A stretch of 26,059 bases of DNA from Clostridia bacterium (GTDB lineage Bacteria > Bacillota > Clostridia > RUG12999), in assembly GCA_045657605.1 (NCBI GenBank), contig JAZOTK010000169.1, forward strand, positions 1 to 26,059, written 5' to 3'. Positions 7,786-15,353 of this stretch are shown one piece after another. Below the pieces are notes generated by a model. It saw only the letters and a list, made by a program, of their open reading frames with translations. It ran no database searches and was not told the DNA's origin. Within the stretch, counting starts at the first letter, position 1. Every line of letters begins with the position of its first letter. The position numbers and the translations under genes are program-made.

Positions 7786-8169
7786 TTATTCTTCAGTTGT
7801 TTCTTTTTCGTCAAGCTTTTTCCCGCATTTCGGGCAAAAACAATGCTCGGCTTTTACCTTTTCTCCGCAATCGGGACAAATTTTCAAATTCTTAATTTCG
7901 CTGAGCTTTTCCCTGATCTCATCAATTTCAGAAAAATATTTATCAAGCAACAAACACTGGTCTGCTACCTTTTCAGCGTCCGGTTCTGCGCCTTCTTTAT
8001 AAGCATCATAAACAATACTTCCCAGCTGACGGAACACATTTTTTATTTCCTGTTCCTTGTCGGCAATTGCAAAGTTTGATTTTACCGTTTCCATCACAGC
8101 ACCCGAGGTTTTAACCGCCGAAAGAGTTGCTGCTGAAGCTTTTTCTTTTACCAATGCTATAAAATCCAT
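7786..8169 (-). CDS. Helical/coiled-coil protein with C-terminal double zinc ribbon
   Basis: CPDCG...CPKCG pair at the C-terminus; RBS GAGAGGA. Confidence 0.8.
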   Translation of the reverse strand: MDFIALVKEKASAATLSAVKTSGAVMETVKSNFAIADKEQEIKNVFRQLGSIVYDAYKEGAEPDAEKVADQCLLLDKYFSEIDEIREKLSEIKNLKICPDCGEKVKAEHCFCPKCGKKLDEKETTEE

Positions 8170-8203
8170 AATATCATTCCTCTCATAATTTGTTTATATT
8201 AAT

Positions 8204-8232
8204 ATTATACACCAATAATTCCTTTTTGGCAA
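8204..8232 (-). promoter_or_regulatory. Sigma-A promoter for the zinc-ribbon gene
   Basis: Minus strand TTGCCA-17 bp-TATAAT. Confidence 0.65.
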
Positions 8233-8273
8233 TAGTTTTATAATATTGTTTTTAAAAAGTTTATAAATTATCA

Positions 8274-8302
8274 TTGCACTTTTTGCAATTCTATGATATA
8301 CT
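8274..8302 (+). promoter_or_regulatory. Sigma-A promoter of the TrpR-methyltransferase operon
   Basis: TTGCAC (8274-8279)-17 bp-TATACT (8297-8302) with TG extension. Confidence 0.65.
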
Positions 8303-8332
8303 ATAATTATACTCACAAAAACCGGATAGAAC

Positions 8333-8473
8333 TAACGCGGAAAATAAGCGGCACATATCACTGCTTCTTGCTCGGGGCAGTACCTTTGTACGGCACCTCT
8401 CGCTTCTAAGCAGCAATCTGCACCGTTTCTTTCCCGCGTTACAATTTGTGCCGCAGTGCGGCAGACTGGAGGA
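8333..8473 (+). ncRNA. Candidate structured 5' leader (cis-regulatory RNA, family not recognised)
   Basis: Two perfect crossing 8-bp helices (8333-8340/8434-8441; 8348-8355/8447-8454), an internal hairpin (8360-8381) and a competing hairpin (8449-8463) just before SD GGAGGA. Confidence 0.45.
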
Positions 8474-8478
8474 TTAAA

Positions 8479-9501
8479 ATGAATAATAAAACGACAGAGC
8501 TTATTGATGAGCTCGTCAGCCTTATATATAATATAACAGACGAAGAAGTACTGCGAAAAACTCTTGAAACACTTTTGTCCGATAACGAGCTTTCCGCTGT
8601 AGCACAAAGATTTTCGGCAGGGAAAATGCTTTCCGAAGGTCGGCCTTATTCTGAGATTGTACGGGAAACAGATGCAAGTCCTTTTGTAATTGCAAAAGTT
8701 AAATCAGTAATGCAGGAAAACGGCATTACTTTCACTGAAGCTCCCGCGGCTTATAAATCCTTTGCTTCTGTGTATGACAGGCTTACCCGCGATGTGGAAT
8801 ATGAGAAAAGGTTTTTATATATTACCGAAATTTTTGAAAAATTCGGTAAAGCCCCGTCTCTTGTTCTCGACCTTGCTTGCGGCACAGGCGAGATGACAAC
8901 CATAATGGCAGAGCACGGGTATGATATGATAGGTGTTGATATTTCCCCTGAAATGCTCGATGCCGCCGCCGATAAATCAGGCGATCTTAATATTCTGTAT
9001 CTCAACCAACCTATGCAGGAACTCGACTTATACGGTACGGTTGATGCGGCGATCTGTCTTCTTGACGGAATAAACTATCTTGAAGATACCGCTGAGCTTG
9101 TTGAAACCTTTAGCAAAGTAGAAAATTTCCTTAATCCGGGCGGCATTTTTATATTTGATATAAACACCCGGTATAAGCTGGAAAATGTTCTTGCCGGCAA
9201 TGTTTTCTGTGGTGAAGACGAGGACGTTTTTTATACCTGGGAAAATTTCTACGACCCTGAAGAAAAAATCTGCGAGTTCAAGTTGGAGTTTTTTATAACG
9301 GAAAACGGAAATATCCGCCGCCATACCGAATATCATTACGAAAAAGCATTTGAGGTTTCGGAAATAAAAAAAGCTTTGAAAAAATCAGGATTTGAGCTTC
9401 TGGCTGTTTACGACGACCTTTCTTTTGAAGCTCCTCGCAGAAACAGCGAAAAAATATTTTTTGTTGCACAAAAATCAACGGGAGAAGGGAATCAGCAATG
9501 A
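8479..9501 (+). CDS. Fusion: N-terminal TrpR/YerC-like HTH domain plus class I SAM-dependent methyltransferase (YqeM-like)
   Basis: First ~80 aa resemble YerC/YecD (NELSAVAQRFSAGKMLSEGRPYSEIVRETDAS), followed by AYKSFASVYD, motif I VLDLACGTG and GVDISPEML. One continuous frame; start ATG 8479 after GGAGGA. Confidence 0.85.
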   Translation: MNNKTTELIDELVSLIYNITDEEVLRKTLETLLSDNELSAVAQRFSAGKMLSEGRPYSEIVRETDASPFVIAKVKSVMQENGITFTEAPAAYKSFASVYDRLTRDVEYEKRFLYITEIFEKFGKAPSLVLDLACGTGEMTTIMAEHGYDMIGVDISPEMLDAAADKSGDLNILYLNQPMQELDLYGTVDAAICLLDGINYLEDTAELVETFSKVENFLNPGGIFIFDINTRYKLENVLAGNVFCGEDEDVFYTWENFYDPEEKICEFKLEFFITENGNIRRHTEYHYEKAFEVSEIKKALKKSGFELLAVYDDLSFEAPRRNSEKIFFVAQKSTGEGNQQ

Positions 9502-10358
9502 GAGATGTTTTAAACGACATAAACAACAGATATGCCACTCTCAGTAAAGGGCAGAAGAAAATTGCTGCATATTTGAAAGAAAATTATGATAAAGCTGCAT
9601 ATATGACTGCTCAGAAGCTGGGACAGGCTGTCGGCACAAGCGAATCTACCGTAGTAAGGTTTGCGGCGGAGCTGGGTTATGACGGCTACGGTGATTTTCA
9701 GCAGAATCTTCAGGCAATAATCCGAAACAAACTGACAAGCCTGCAACGTATGGACGTTGCACAGGGAATAATTGGCGGAGATGATATAGCGGAAAGCATT
9801 ATGAATTCCGATATAGAAAATATTCGTTCTACTATAGAAAATCTTGACAGAAAAGCGTTCAGCGATGCTGTCGAAACACTGCTTAAAGCAAAAAGAATAT
9901 ATGTATTGGGCGTAAGAAGCTCTGCGGCTCTTGCTAAATTCATAAGCTTTTATTTTAATCTGATGTTTGATAATGTGACTCATATAAGCACAACCAGCGC
10001 CAGTGAAATTTTCGAACAACTTCTTCACACCGGCGAAGACGATGCTGTAGTTGCCATAAGTTATCCACGGTACTCCAAACGAACCGTAAGTGCGGCGGAA
10101 TATGCGGCAGGGAGAGGAAGCAAAATTATTGCTATTACCGACAGCATTTCGTCTCCTATTACAAAATTTGCTACTCATTCTCTTATTGCAAAAAGTGAAA
10201 TGGCATATTTCGTGGATTCTTTTGCGGCTCCGTTCAGCCTTGCCAATGCACTGCTTATTGCTCTGAGTATGAGAAAAAAGAAACAGCTTACCGAGAGCTT
10301 TGAAACTCTCGAAAAAATCTGGGACGAATACCAGGTTTACGAAAAAACTGAATCCTGA
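9498..10358 (+). CDS. MurR/RpiR family transcriptional regulator (HTH plus SIS domain)
   Basis: LSKGQKKIA...SESTVVRFAAELGYDGY HTH; SIS motifs IYVLGVRSS, ISYPRYS, AITDSISSP; ATGA overlap with the upstream gene. Confidence 0.95.
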   Translation: MRDVLNDINNRYATLSKGQKKIAAYLKENYDKAAYMTAQKLGQAVGTSESTVVRFAAELGYDGYGDFQQNLQAIIRNKLTSLQRMDVAQGIIGGDDIAESIMNSDIENIRSTIENLDRKAFSDAVETLLKAKRIYVLGVRSSAALAKFISFYFNLMFDNVTHISTTSASEIFEQLLHTGEDDAVVAISYPRYSKRTVSAAEYAAGRGSKIIAITDSISSPITKFATHSLIAKSEMAYFVDSFAAPFSLANALLIALSMRKKKQLTESFETLEKIWDEYQVYEKTES

Positions 10359-10369
10359 GGTGAAAACAA

Positions 10370-11191
10370 ATGGTTAATTTTCTTGCTGCCGTATTTTCTT
10401 TTGCGGTATTTACACCCATAATTATTATTTTATATCTGACTATTTCAAAAAAACTCAGTACCAAACCCGTTATATCGGGAATACTTAGTTTTATGCTGAT
10501 ATACATTATAACCCAGTTTTTCCTTGTAGCATTGAGCAAGACCGGGCTGGCAGCTGCAAATCCTGCTATTGCTGTGTCTCTGTGGGGTATATTTATGGGT
10601 ATAGCCGCTGTTTTTGTTATATTCTTTATACAAAAAAAAGTTGTCCCCGATTCTGATTTCCGTGACAGTCTGGGCATTGGTCTGGGACTTGGTACTGTCT
10701 GGATGCTCTCTACTGTAGGTCCCGTACTGTTCTTCTCATTAATGATGGCAATTACTATTGTCAGCGGAGGTGCAAATCCTGCTGATATGACAGCAGAAGC
10801 TCTTGAAGCATATAATCAGGCGAAAGCAAATTTTGAATCTAAAGCTCCCCTTGACTATATTCTCCTTTCTGCCGGCGGAATTTCTCTGCTTGTAGTAATG
10901 ATGAGTATTTCTGTAATGATTTTTGAATACATAAAAACAACCGACAAAAAATTTCTGATATATACCACAGCGGCTGCCATTGCCGTAATTGTTCCTTTTA
11001 TATTTGCTGCAGAACTAGGCATTGTAAATATATATGTTCAGATATGTATGCTGGTGCTTGCTGCAGGGGCAATATGGTTTATGGTCTATGAAAGCAAAAA
11101 ATATCCTTCTGCCGAAACTACGCCTTTTTCAAGACAATCGCCTCTTGAAGGCAGGGATTTCACAGGCAGAATCAAAAAAAGAAAGAAGTGA
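10370..11191 (+). CDS. Multi-pass membrane protein, YhfC/PrsW-like fold, apparently lacking catalytic residues
   Basis: About 7-8 hydrophobic segments with YhfC-like spacing (RDSLGIGLGLG), but the expected FEE, GHG..E and His motifs are absent. Confidence 0.6.
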   Translation: MVNFLAAVFSFAVFTPIIIILYLTISKKLSTKPVISGILSFMLIYIITQFFLVALSKTGLAAANPAIAVSLWGIFMGIAAVFVIFFIQKKVVPDSDFRDSLGIGLGLGTVWMLSTVGPVLFFSLMMAITIVSGGANPADMTAEALEAYNQAKANFESKAPLDYILLSAGGISLLVVMMSISVMIFEYIKTTDKKFLIYTTAAAIAVIVPFIFAAELGIVNIYVQICMLVLAAGAIWFMVYESKKYPSAETTPFSRQSPLEGRDFTGRIKKRKK

Positions 11192-11197
11192 AAATAA

Positions 11198-11614
11198 ATG
11201 AGCACCAGACTTATAGTGAGATACGCAGAAACCGACCAAATGGGAATTGTTCACCATAGCGTATACCCTATATGGTACGAAGCTGCCCGGACAGAATTTA
11301 TCCGCACGTTTGGTCTTTCCTATTCCGATATGGAAAAATCAGGAGTAATGCTTCCGGTAATAGAGGTAAACTGCAAATATAAAAGCCCTTTCTTTTATGA
11401 GGACGAAGTAGAAATAGCAGTTAAAATTAACCTGCTGACTCCTTCAAAAATAGAGTTTGCATATGAACTTACAAAGGCAGGAGAAACAACGGTGCGTAAT
11501 ATGGGAACAACACTTCACCCCTTTACAAACACCGACCTCCGGCCGATAAATATGAAAAAACATTTTCCCGAAATTTACAAAATAATTTCTGATGTTTATG
11601 AAAACCAAAAATAA
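11198..11614 (+). CDS. Acyl-CoA thioesterase, YbgC/YbaW (4HBT hot-dog) family
   Basis: VRYAETDQMGIVHHSVYPIWYEAARTEF motif. Confidence 0.92.
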   Translation: MSTRLIVRYAETDQMGIVHHSVYPIWYEAARTEFIRTFGLSYSDMEKSGVMLPVIEVNCKYKSPFFYEDEVEIAVKINLLTPSKIEFAYELTKAGETTVRNMGTTLHPFTNTDLRPINMKKHFPEIYKIISDVYENQK

Positions 11615-11619
11615 AATGC

Positions 11620-11659
11620 ATGAAGACGTCAAATCCGTTCCGGTATTTGACGTCTTCAT
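11620..11659. terminator. Long inverted repeat, probable terminator between convergent transcripts
   Basis: Perfect 15-bp arms ATGAAGACGTCAAAT / ATTTGACGTCTTCAT; U-rich tail on the minus strand. Confidence 0.7.
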
Positions 11660-11773
11660 ACTATAGGAGTAACTATGAAAAAACTATACGGCGTTGGGGA
11701 AATCACCGTACATTTATATATTAGCATATAATTGTGATAGAATTATGATAAAATTATTAACAAATAATGAATT

Positions 11774-12034
11774 TTACCGACTTTCAAGTATTAGTTTTAT
11801 AGCTGTTCTTTTTTCTCCGTCTACATCCAATTCTGTAAAGGCAGGTATACAAATTAAATCTATTCCCGAAGGTGCCAGAAACCCTCTTGCAATGGCTATT
11901 GACTTAACCGCCTGGTTAATCGCTCCCGCACCTATTGCCTGAATTTCAGCCGTTTCCTTTGCGCGGATAACCTCTGCCAATGCACCGGCTACAGAATTTG
12001 GTACCGATTTTGATGAAACCTTAAGTATATCCAT
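11774..12034 (-). CDS. spoVS: Stage V sporulation protein S
   Basis: LKVSSKSVPNSVAGALA...IGAGAINQAVKSIAIARGF. Confidence 0.97.
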   Translation of the reverse strand: MDILKVSSKSVPNSVAGALAEVIRAKETAEIQAIGAGAINQAVKSIAIARGFLAPSGIDLICIPAFTELDVDGEKRTAIKLILESR

Positions 12035-12083
12035 TACACCAATCCTCCGTTTATAAAATTATTCAGCTACCCCTACTATAAAT

Positions 12084-12109
12084 ATTCTCCCAAACACAAA
12101 ATTTCCCCT
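12084..12109 (-). promoter_or_regulatory. Possible sigma-H promoter for spoVS
   Basis: Minus strand AGGG-18 nt-GAAT, one mismatch to AGGA-N17/18-GAAT; spoVS is sigma-H dependent in B. subtilis. Confidence 0.45.
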
Positions 12110-12169
12110 TCTTTTCTTTTAGGGCAATAACAACATAATTCTTCTGCAAAATATGTTAAAATTTGCCAA

Positions 12170-12937
12170 TTATTTTATGTTTATTCTTTTTATTCCTGTC
12201 GGCATATTGTTATCGTCAATTGTAACGATAATACCGTCAAGCTGACAGTTTCCCTCTGCCGTTTCATACTTTTCGTGTTGCATTGTAAGGAATTTTCGTA
12301 CTGCGCATTCTTTTTTTATACCCAGCACCGAAGTATACGGTCCCGTCATTCCCACATCAGTTATATACGCCGTCTTTTTAGGCAGCAGCTGTTCGTCCGC
12401 TGTTTGGACATGAGTATGTGTCCCGAACACACAGGTGACCATTCCGTCAAGATAATATCCCATAGCTTTTTTTTCGCTTGTCGCTTCCGCGTGAAAATCT
12501 ACAAAAATAATATCCGCCTCTATTTGATCTATGCATTCACGTACAGCCGTAAAAGGGCAATTACCGGGAAGCATATAAACCCTGCCCATGGCATTTATAA
12601 CCGCAATTTTCTTGCCACCACAGTTTTTTATAATATACCCCTCTCCCGGTGTTCCTTTCTGCATATTAATTGGTCTTATAACCGGGTACCCGTCACGAAA
12701 CAGCTCAGATACCTGCTTTGCTTTTGAAAAAGCGTGATTACCGAGAGTAATGACATCTACCCCGCAATCCAGAAGCATATCTGCCCGTTCTCTGTTGATA
12801 CCGTTTCCCGTAGTAGCATTTTCACCGTTTGCTATGACAAAATCAATATCATAATCCTGTTTCAGATATTTAAGCTGGCTCGTCACCGTTTCTGTTCCGC
12901 TGCGTCCTACAATATCTCCTATACACAATATATTCAT
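12170..12937 (-). CDS. ymdB: YmdB-family metallophosphoesterase (2',3'-cyclic phosphodiesterase, TIGR00282-type)
   Basis: GDIVG, NGEN, GNH, DFHAEATSEK and GTHTHVQTAD motifs; adjacent to spoVS. Confidence 0.95.
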   Translation of the reverse strand: MNILCIGDIVGRSGTETVTSQLKYLKQDYDIDFVIANGENATTGNGINRERADMLLDCGVDVITLGNHAFSKAKQVSELFRDGYPVIRPINMQKGTPGEGYIIKNCGGKKIAVINAMGRVYMLPGNCPFTAVRECIDQIEADIIFVDFHAEATSEKKAMGYYLDGMVTCVFGTHTHVQTADEQLLPKKTAYITDVGMTGPYTSVLGIKKECAVRKFLTMQHEKYETAEGNCQLDGIIVTIDDNNMPTGIKRINIK

Positions 12938-12970
12938 AACTATCTCCGTCCCGTAATAATATTTGTATAT

Positions 12971-12999
12971 ATTATATCATAGAATACAGCCGTTGTCGA
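12971..12999 (-). promoter_or_regulatory. Sigma-A promoter for ymdB
   Basis: Minus strand TCGACA-17 bp-TATAAT with TG extension. Confidence 0.65.
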
Positions 13000-13123
13000 T
13001 AAATTTTTCAAAAAATTTTATTTTACCTTAAATCCGGAGCCAAAACCTTGTATAGTGCTGATATTTTAACCCACTCGCCATAGTAAGTGTTGGAAATAAT
13101 TTGCACAAATTCCCCGTTACGTT

Positions 13124-13906
13124 TTACATATTCCCCGTCTTTTTAATTCTTTTCATATCAAGTCTGATTCTATCCGCTATCATAGCTATGAATTCACTGT
13201 TAGTAGGCTTGTCCTTTGTAAACTGCACCGTATGTCCGAATAAATCATTTAAGGTCTCTATATCTCCTCTTTGCCACGAAACCTCAATTGCGTGACGTAT
13301 TGCTCGCTCCACTCTTGAAGATGTCGTCTTATACTTCTTGGCGATTCCCGGGTACAACTCCTTTGTTACCGCATTTATCAGTTCCATATCTTTTATGACC
13401 CATATTATGGAATCTCTCAGAAACTGATATCCCTTTATATGCGCCGGAACGCCGATGTCCTTAATCATATTGCTGACAATAATTTCAAGGTCGTATTCCT
13501 CCTCTGCCGCTGCGGTTTCCGATATTACAGGCGCATTCTTCGTAAAGAAGGTTATCCTGTCATAAACAGTTTCTCCCGTAACAGGTTTGGTAAGGTAAAA
13601 AGATGCGCCCATAGCCGCCGCCCGCGAAATCATAGCATCGCTTCCGAACGCCGAAACCATAATCACAAGCGGTTTTTTCTTTGATATCTTTGACATGCCC
13701 TCCAGAACGGCAAACCCGTCAACCTTAGGCATTACAACATCACAGATGACAACATCCACACTGAGTTGTCGCAGAAGTTCAAGCCCTATTTCACCGTCCT
13801 CAGCAATTGCCACAACCTCTACATCCTCATGGGCATTAAGCTCGCTTCGCAAGGCCTCCGCCCACTTTTTGTTGTCATCAATAATCAGAATGTTTGCTTT
13901 TTTCAT
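13124..13906 (-). CDS. spo0A: Sporulation master regulator Spo0A
   Basis: Receiver domain ([17 protein letters not shown]) and Spo0A_C signature [14 protein letters not shown]...[15 protein letters not shown]...[13 protein letters not shown]; start ATG 13906 after AAGGAG. Confidence 0.98.
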   Translation of the reverse strand: MKKANILIIDDNKKWAEALRSELNAHEDVEVVAIAEDGEIGLELLRQLSVDVVICDVVMPKVDGFAVLEGMSKISKKKPLVIMVSAFGSDAMISRAAAMGASFYLTKPVTGETVYDRITFFTKNAPVISETAAAEEEYDLEIIVSNMIKDIGVPAHIKGYQFLRDSIIWVIKDMELINAVTKELYPGIAKKYKTTSSRVERAIRHAIEVSWQRGDIETLNDLFGHTVQFTKDKPTNSEFIAMIADRIRLDMKRIKKTGNM

Positions 13907-13965
13907 GCTAAATTTCTCCTTTTTGTTTTTTACGGCAAAGGTCGTTGTTCTTTCCCGCAGAAACA

Positions 13966-13994
13966 ATTATATCACAAACATCATTCAATTTCAA
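13966..13994 (-). promoter_or_regulatory. Sigma-A promoter for spo0A
   Basis: Minus strand TTGAAA-17 bp-TATAAT with TG extension. Confidence 0.7.
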
Positions 13995-14199
13995 GTAAAA
14001 TATACTATTTTTTTAAAATTAGTCGTTTTTCACCAATTTTAAACATTAATATTGTGCAACTCTATTAATTTTTTCTTTGTTCGATGAAATAAATAGTAAA
14101 CCTCATCAGTTTTTTGCTTTCACTCGCTAAAACACAACAACACATTTATTTATTCTTACTTTTTCGTAAAATTTTTAACACAAAAAGCATAAAGCATTT

Positions 14200-14216
14200 A
14201 TTACAAAATTATTACA
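14200..14216 (-). promoter_or_regulatory. WalR-type direct-repeat box
   Basis: ATTACA-AAATT-ATTACA, i.e. TGTAAT-N5-TGTAAT on the minus strand; exact match to TGTWAH-N5-TGTWAH, upstream of a peptidoglycan hydrolase gene. Confidence 0.55.
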
Positions 14217-14306
14217 AAACTCGCATTCTCCCTGTATTTTAGCCGTATGAGATGTGTTTACAATTTGTTCATAGTTCACGTATCCTGTTTTTTTGTGTCT
14301 GAAAAT

Positions 14307-14335
14307 TTGACATTTGTGCAGTTTTATGGTATAAT
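14307..14335 (+). promoter_or_regulatory. Sigma-A promoter for the NlpC/P60 gene
   Basis: Perfect TTGACA-17 bp-TATAAT with TG extension. Confidence 0.85.
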
Positions 14336-14410
14336 ATTATATATAATTATGTAACTATGTTAAAACTCTTAATTTTGAATACACAAGAAAAAGAAAAGGA
14401 GGTGTATGTA

Positions 14411-15277
14411 TTGGATAAGGATAAGACTGTTACGGTTTTAGCAGCGGCTCTTTTAGGATTACAGCTTTCAGTCTCTGCAGCAGTAGGTACCGTAAATACA
14501 GAAACCCTTAACATAAGAAGCGAAGCAAATACATACAGCAACATCGTCGGGCAGGCCGGCTCAGGTCAGCAGTTAGATATTATAGGACGTTCGGGAGATT
14601 TTTATGAAATATACTATAACGGTGCATCTGCATACGTTCACGGAGATTATGTTGTTCCCGAAATTATAGCAAACGGAGTAGTAACCGCCTCCCTTCTTAA
14701 CATCAGAACCGGCGCAGGTACAAATTTTGGTGTTATGGGTCAGCTCGCAAAAGGTGACGGCGTCGCAATATTCGACGTCTACGGCGACTGGTATCAGATA
14801 AAGATTGCCGAAAAATTCGGATATGTTCACAGCAGCTATATATCAGTACCCACGAGCATTACAAGCAGGTCTTCCGCCCCGGCTTCAAGAAGCGGAAGTA
14901 CAGTTTCAAGAAAAGGTACTGCTATTGTTGAATACAGCAAACAATTTTTAGGTACTCCCTATGTAAGCGGAGGGTCTTCCCCTTCCGGATTTGATTGTTC
15001 CGGATTTACGTATTACGTGTTTAAACAATACGGCGTTACCCTGCCGAGAACGTCAAGCTCACAGGCAAACGCAGGACATTACGTTGCAAAAAGCGAATTA
15101 AAACCCGGCGATTTAGTATTTTTCGACACCTACGGCGGTATTTCGCACGTTGGTATTTACGTAGGAAACGATTCGTTCATTCATTCCACCGTACCCGGAG
15201 ATGTTGTAAAAATAAGCAGTCTCAGCACAGCTTACTACAAATCACGATATGTAACGGCAAGAAGGATATTTGATTAA
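14411..15277 (+). CDS. Secreted C40 (NlpC/P60) peptidoglycan endopeptidase with two SH3b domains
   Basis: Signal peptide, two LNIR-type SH3b repeats, Ser-rich linker, GFDCSGF (Cys), SHVGIY and FIHS (His); TTG 14411 after AAGGAGGTG. Confidence 0.93.
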   Translation: MDKDKTVTVLAAALLGLQLSVSAAVGTVNTETLNIRSEANTYSNIVGQAGSGQQLDIIGRSGDFYEIYYNGASAYVHGDYVVPEIIANGVVTASLLNIRTGAGTNFGVMGQLAKGDGVAIFDVYGDWYQIKIAEKFGYVHSSYISVPTSITSRSSAPASRSGSTVSRKGTAIVEYSKQFLGTPYVSGGSSPSGFDCSGFTYYVFKQYGVTLPRTSSSQANAGHYVAKSELKPGDLVFFDTYGGISHVGIYVGNDSFIHSTVPGDVVKISSLSTAYYKSRYVTARRIFD

Positions 15278-15281
15278 TGCT

Positions 15282-15327
15282 CAGATTACAGCTTCCGGCG
15301 TATACCCGAGAGCTGCAATCTGCTTTT
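15282..15327 (+). terminator. Terminator-like hairpin between the NlpC/P60 gene and rsmD
   Basis: CAGATTACAGCT / AGCTGCAATCTG (one mismatch) followed by CTTTT. Confidence 0.55.
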
Positions 15328-15353
15328 AGCTACATCGCTTTTCTGGAGGATAT

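Noticed and set aside
8321-8345. AGAACTAACGCGGAAAA resembles the start of the glmS ribozyme, and the operon contains RpiR
   Set aside because: The required AGCGCC cleavage-site and GACGAGG core elements are absent.
8370-8440. Minus-strand GGGAAAGAAACGGTGCAGATT...ACTGCCCCG resembles a cobalamin riboswitch
   Set aside because: The stem flanking GGTG does not pair, the 3' B12-box is missing, and the downstream gene has its own promoter.
11620-11659. 15-bp perfect inverted repeat as a MITE or operator
   Set aside because: No flanking direct repeats or second copy; its position between convergent genes fits a terminator.
14336-14410. c-di-AMP (ydaO) riboswitch expected upstream of an NlpC/P60 hydrolase
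   Set aside because: The leader is short, AT-rich and lacks GCTGAA and GGGGAxC motifs.
14406-14441. Out-of-frame 11-codon ORF (MYWIRIRLLRF) overlapping the NlpC/P60 start
   Set aside because: Only 3 nt from the SD, whereas the TTG at 14411 has optimal spacing; no evidence of function.
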